A stretch of DNA of 64,000 nucleotides, from contig CAWCMR010000008.1 in NCBI GenBank assembly GCA_963796685.1, positions 480,001 through 544,000 on the forward strand. Direction: 5' to 3'. Position 1 is the stretch's first letter. Each line of letters opens with the position of its first letter. The position numbers were made by a program, and so were the translations under genes. The notes under the pieces are model-generated. The model searched no databases. It was not told where the DNA came from and was given only the letters and a program-made list of their open reading frames with translations. Positions 60,264-64,000 of the stretch are shown here, piece after piece. This DNA is from an uncultured delta proteobacterium. Its GTDB lineage: Bacteria > Myxococcota_A > Polyangia > Fen-1088.

Positions 60264-61120
60264 TGGAATCGCCCCGCGAGCTGCAGGCCGGTGGGGCCGG
60301 CGACGACCTGAGCGTGGGCCGGCCACAGGCTCCAGGTCAGAAGCCCCGTACCGCCCAACAAGGCAACGCCGCCCACGATGGCCATGGGCCAGCCGTACTT
60401 GGACGTATTGCGGACCCGGTCGCACCGCGAACAGGCAGACTTGCCGTCGACCGCGACGTAATACGAACCGGCCACCAGGGTCGCGAGGCCGGCACCCGCG
60501 AGTGCAATAGCAGAGTATGCGAGCATGCCGGATCTCTCGGGTTCGGCTTTCGGGATCACCGGCACGGTCACCAGGGGCGCCGGTGGTGGTGCCTTGGGAA
60601 CCGTCTGGGGCGCGGCCGAGCGAGGAATCTCCGGCGCGACTTTCGCCGTTGCACGTAGCGCCTTTTCGATCAGACCTTGGGTCAGGAGCGCGGCCGAGCC
60701 CCACAGATCCTGTTCGTCGCAGATGGGACAGGCACGCCCATCCTTGCCCAGCAGCTTGCCTTCATCGGCGTTCCACAACTGGATGGCCAGCTTGAAGCTC
60801 TCCTTGGCGAAACGCGCCTCCACGTGCAGCACCAGGCTCGCGCCGGAAGCCGCCGCGATCTGCGGCAGGCAACCCGGGATCTCGCAGTGAAGCAGACGGT
60901 CGGGCAAGACCGTGGAGGGCACCAGCGTGATCCCGTTGCGCTTGATCACCTCCGCGATCTCCTTGCGCAGGCGCTCCTTGCTGCCTCGCGAGAGCTGGCC
61001 GGGCGAGGACGGTTCGATGACCACGAGACGCGTGTCATCGGCCGTCGACGCATCGGCGCGGGCGGGGCCGCCCGCGAGCAACCACGCGAGCGCGGCAAGG
61101 CATGAAAAGCGAAGGCTCAT
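60260..61120 (-). CDS. exported/membrane hypothetical protein
   Basis: Signal ARA, C...GC...IA, CPIC, Pro linker, two C-terminal hydrophobic helices; ATGA overlap with the next gene. Confidence 0.78.
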   Translation of the reverse strand: MSLRFSCLAALAWLLAGGPARADASTADDTRLVVIEPSSPGQLSRGSKERLRKEIAEVIKRNGITLVPSTVLPDRLLHCEIPGCLPQIAAASGASLVLHVEARFAKESFKLAIQLWNADEGKLLGKDGRACPICDEQDLWGSAALLTQGLIEKALRATAKVAPEIPRSAAPQTVPKAPPPAPLVTVPVIPKAEPERSGMLAYSAIALAGAGLATLVAGSYYVAVDGKSACSRCDRVRNTSKYGWPMAIVGGVALLGGTGLLTWSLWPAHAQVVAGPTGLQLAGRFQ

Positions 61121-61151
61121 GCCTGGACGTTTTCCGATCCTGGCGGTGCCG

Positions 61152-62867
61152 TCAAGGTTCTTGCCTGTCTTTGCCGCTCCTGGCCGGATTCGACACGCTT
61201 TCCTGAACGCGCGCGTGGGCGATGCCCAGGCGATCGCGCAGGAGCGCATCCCCGGGGGCGAGCGCGATGGCCTTGGCGTATTCCTGCTCGGCCTCCGCGA
61301 AGCGCCCCATCTTGAAGAAGGTGTTGCCCACGATGGCGTGGGCCTCGGCGCCACCGCCCACGGTCACGGCGTGCTTGCCTTCTTCCAGCGCGCGCCGCCA
61401 GTCGCGGGCATTGAAGGCATCCCGCGCAAGCATCAGATGATCCGGCTTCGCGGGCGGAGCCATGGCGTCCGCGACTGTTTCGGCCTGCGCCAGCGCGCGC
61501 CCTTCCTTCGCTTCGACTTTCGCATCGCGGCCGGGCTGCGCCAGGGTCGGCGACGACGCGACCGCGGCCGGCGGGGATGGCTTCTCCTGCGCGCGTGGCA
61601 CCACCGCCGCCTGACCTGAGACCGCCTCGACCCGCGTGGCGGACGCGCGGCGGGGAGAGTCGGGTGAGGGGCTCTGCGCGGCCAAACGCATCCAGAGCAG
61701 CGCGCACAACCCCACCAGGCCTCCGACCACGATGGGCGCGACAAAGCGCAGCTTCTGCCGAATGGAGCCCGTGGGCACGAGGGCGGCCTTGGGCAGGCTG
61801 GCGCTCCTGGCGCGCCTTCTTTCCGGCAGGCCGTCGGCGTCCAGCAGGTGGCGCGCCGACTCGACCCACTGGCGCCGCTCCGTTCTTTCCTGCTCGGGCG
61901 TGAAGATCTCCTTCATGGCCAGGGAGAGCCACAGCTCCGGGTGAACCTCGGGCGGAATGAAGACGGCGAGCGCGCGGCGAAGCTCGTCGGCGTTCGCGAA
62001 GCGCTCCTCGGGCCGCACGCTGGTGGCCTGCTTCACCACCGCGTCCAGCTCCGGCGGCACCTCCGCGTTGAAGATCGACGGCGGCAGGTGCTCCCCGCGC
62101 GCGATCCACGTCAGGATTTCGCCCTCGGTTTCGGCGAGTCTGGTCTCGCGGCCCCTGTCGCGGATCGTGCCCACCGGGCGCTGCGTGAGGAGTTGCCACA
62201 ACAGCACCCCGAGCGCGTAGATGTCGGTTCGACGATCGAGCTTGTCGCCCGACTGCAGCTGCTCGGGGGCCAAATGCCAGAGTTTCCCGGCGGCCCGCTG
62301 TGCGCCCGGCCCGCCTCCGTGCAGATCCGACGAGGCGATGCCGAAATCGAGCAGCTTCACCTCGCCCGCATAGGTCAGACGCACGTTGGGCGGATTGATG
62401 TCGCGGTGAACCAGGTTCAGGTTCTCGAAGTCGTGCGCGTAGGCCAACCCGCGCGCGATCTCGGCCACGATGTAGACTGCCACGGGAACCGGAAGCACAC
62501 GTCCCTGGGCGACCATCCGTTCGAGCAAAGCCGAAACATCGTGCCCCTCGACGAACTCCTGGACCAGGAAGACCTCGCCGTCGACCTCGCCGATATTGTG
62601 GGTGTGGGCCAGATTGCTGTGCACCAGTTGGCGCGCCAGATCCGCTTCATGGCGAAAATTGCGAACGTGGTCGGGCTGCGACGACAACGCCGGCAAGAGC
62701 CGCTTGACCACGCACAAGGTCTCGAGCTCGCGATGTCCCGACATGGCCAGGTACACCGCCCCCATGCCACCTTCCCCGAGTGGTCTGAGCAGGACATACG
62801 CCCCGAACTTCTGCGGCAGTCGCGAATCCAACCCGCGCATTCTAAGCCCGCTCGCCCAAGCAGGCAT
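61152..62867 (-). CDS. membrane Ser/Thr protein kinase with C-terminal TPR
   Basis: LGEGGMG.V, VVK, HRDINP.N, DFG, APE, DIYALG, TM helix, TPR. Start may be ATG 62840 or TTG 62831. Confidence 0.93.
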   Translation of the reverse strand: MPAWASGLRMRGLDSRLPQKFGAYVLLRPLGEGGMGAVYLAMSGHRELETLCVVKRLLPALSSQPDHVRNFRHEADLARQLVHSNLAHTHNIGEVDGEVFLVQEFVEGHDVSALLERMVAQGRVLPVPVAVYIVAEIARGLAYAHDFENLNLVHRDINPPNVRLTYAGEVKLLDFGIASSDLHGGGPGAQRAAGKLWHLAPEQLQSGDKLDRRTDIYALGVLLWQLLTQRPVGTIRDRGRETRLAETEGEILTWIARGEHLPPSIFNAEVPPELDAVVKQATSVRPEERFANADELRRALAVFIPPEVHPELWLSLAMKEIFTPEQERTERRQWVESARHLLDADGLPERRRARSASLPKAALVPTGSIRQKLRFVAPIVVGGLVGLCALLWMRLAAQSPSPDSPRRASATRVEAVSGQAAVVPRAQEKPSPPAAVASSPTLAQPGRDAKVEAKEGRALAQAETVADAMAPPAKPDHLMLARDAFNARDWRRALEEGKHAVTVGGGAEAHAIVGNTFFKMGRFAEAEQEYAKAIALAPGDALLRDRLGIAHARVQESVSNPARSGKDRQEP

Positions 62868-62888
62868 GTTTTCACGACCTTTTGCCTC

Positions 62889-64000
62889 CTAGCGAAGCAC
62901 CGCGACCCTGTCCCCGAACACCTGCTCGAGCCTCGCCAAGAGCTCGTCCGAGGCCTCGACCTTGAAGTCGTCGCCCAGATCGAAAACCGTCTCGCTGCGC
63001 TGCGGGATCTCCAGGCGCAATCGCGTGCGGCACGTCCCGGGAAACTGCACCAGCAGCTTCTGCAGGGCCGTGAGCTGCTCGCCGCTCAGCAGATCCGCGT
63101 TCAGACGGACGTCCAGCATGGTGCTGCGCTCGGCGCGAATCGACGTGAGCAGCTTGGCGTCGACGAAACGCAGGCGCTCGCGCGGATTCTCGGCGTCGCC
63201 CCAGGGGACGTCCACCGTGCCGGTCACCAGCAAGGGATCGCCCTTGGTCAGCACCTCCCGGTATTCCTCCAGCTTGGACGAGGCGACGTGAAACTCGATC
63301 TGTCCGTGTTGGTCTTCCAGCTTGAAGAAGGCGTATTTCCCCGTGCCGCTCTTGATCTGCCGCTCTTGGTAGTCGGAGACCACGCCGCCCAGGATGACCT
63401 CGGCGCGGCCACCGCGCTCGGTACAATTGGTGGTGATGGCGTTGGCGAACCGGCGCAGCTCGCCGGAGAAACGATCCAGAGGGTGCCCGCTGATATAGAA
63501 TCCCAGGCTCTCTTTCTCGAACGCGAGGAGCTGCTTGGGTGTCCACTCGTCGCCCTCCAGGTAGATGTCCTCGGCGGGTGGCGGCGGCTGCCCCACAGCG
63601 CCACCGCCGAACAGCGACAGGAGTGACGTCTGTCCGCTGTCCCGCTCGCGCTGGGTAGCCGCCGCCGTGTCGATGGCCGGACCGATGGCCAGGAACATCT
63701 TGGCGCGGCTGACCTTCTTGCTTTCCGCGATGCCGTCGAAAGCGCCCGCCTTGACCAGTGCCTCGATGACCTTGCGATTGACTTTGCGCGTGTCCACGCG
63801 CTGGCAGAAATCGACCAGGGACAGAAACCGTCCGCCCGCCACGCGCGCGGCGCGAATGACCTCGACCGCACCCTCGCCCACGCCTTTCACCGCGGCCAAA
63901 CCGAAGCGAATGGCCTTTTCCGGCGGCGCAGGCGCCGCGGGCGCCGATACGGGCTTCGCCTCGCTCTTGCGCCGCCCACGCTTGGGCTCTTCGGCCGGCG
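62889..64000 (-). CDS. dnaE: DNA polymerase III alpha subunit (3' part)
   Basis: IRFGL.AVKGVG, VN.KV.E.L.KAGAFD, EKE.LGFY.SGHPL, OB-fold. Confidence 0.96.
   Translation of the reverse strand, partial: PAEEPKRGRRKSEAKPVSAPAAPAPPEKAIRFGLAAVKGVGEGAVEVIRAARVAGGRFLSLVDFCQRVDTRKVNRKVIEALVKAGAFDGIAESKKVSRAKMFLAIGPAIDTAAATQRERDSGQTSLLSLFGGGAVGQPPPPAEDIYLEGDEWTPKQLLAFEKESLGFYISGHPLDRFSGELRRFANAITTNCTERGGRAEVILGGVVSDYQERQIKSGTGKYAFFKLEDQHGQIEFHVASSKLEEYREVLTKGDPLLVTGTVDVPWGDAENPRERLRFVDAKLLTSIRAERSTMLDVRLNADLLSGEQLTALQKLLVQFPGTCRTRLRLEIPQRSETVFDLGDDFKVEASDELLARLEQVFGDRVAVLR

Overview
High-GC bacterial DNA, most consistent with a myxobacterium (Myxococcota, Polyangia-like). This is inferred from a MYXO-CTERM protein, many Gly/Ser-linker lipoproteins, a DUF1592/DUF1552 pair and a eukaryotic-like Ser/Thr kinase. 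1-14.7 kb is an accessory-looking segment downstream of an initiator tRNA-Met. It holds the 5' end of a cytochrome c gene, transaldolase, a GT-B-like protein divergent from a SPINDLY-like TPR glycosyltransferase, a DUF1592-DUF1552-Cx4CH operon, OmpA and PEBP lipoproteins and an AbrB/VapC TA pair. 14.9-22.3 kb is a PadR-led Lol-like exporter operon (ATPase, two permeases, LolA-like protein, putative OM barrel). The rest is largely core: aspS, pgk-tpiA-secG-dapF, a hybrid PAS kinase, yebC-ruvCAB, hemW-hrcA-grpE-dnaK-dnaJ-M50 protease, a TrmH-family methylase with an lgt-like gene, rlmD / archease-rlpA-rtcB, a kinase-lipoprotein operon and the dnaE 3' end. Four genes carry single-base frameshifts, possibly assembly errors, and several intergenic gaps hold gene scars (RAYT transposase, PAP2, GT-C, vWA-type tail). 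Many genes show a -10 box 5-7 nt before the start codon with no SD sequence, suggesting leaderless mRNAs. No CRISPR array, rRNA or intact mobile element was seen. All family assignments come from motif recognition; no database search was run.
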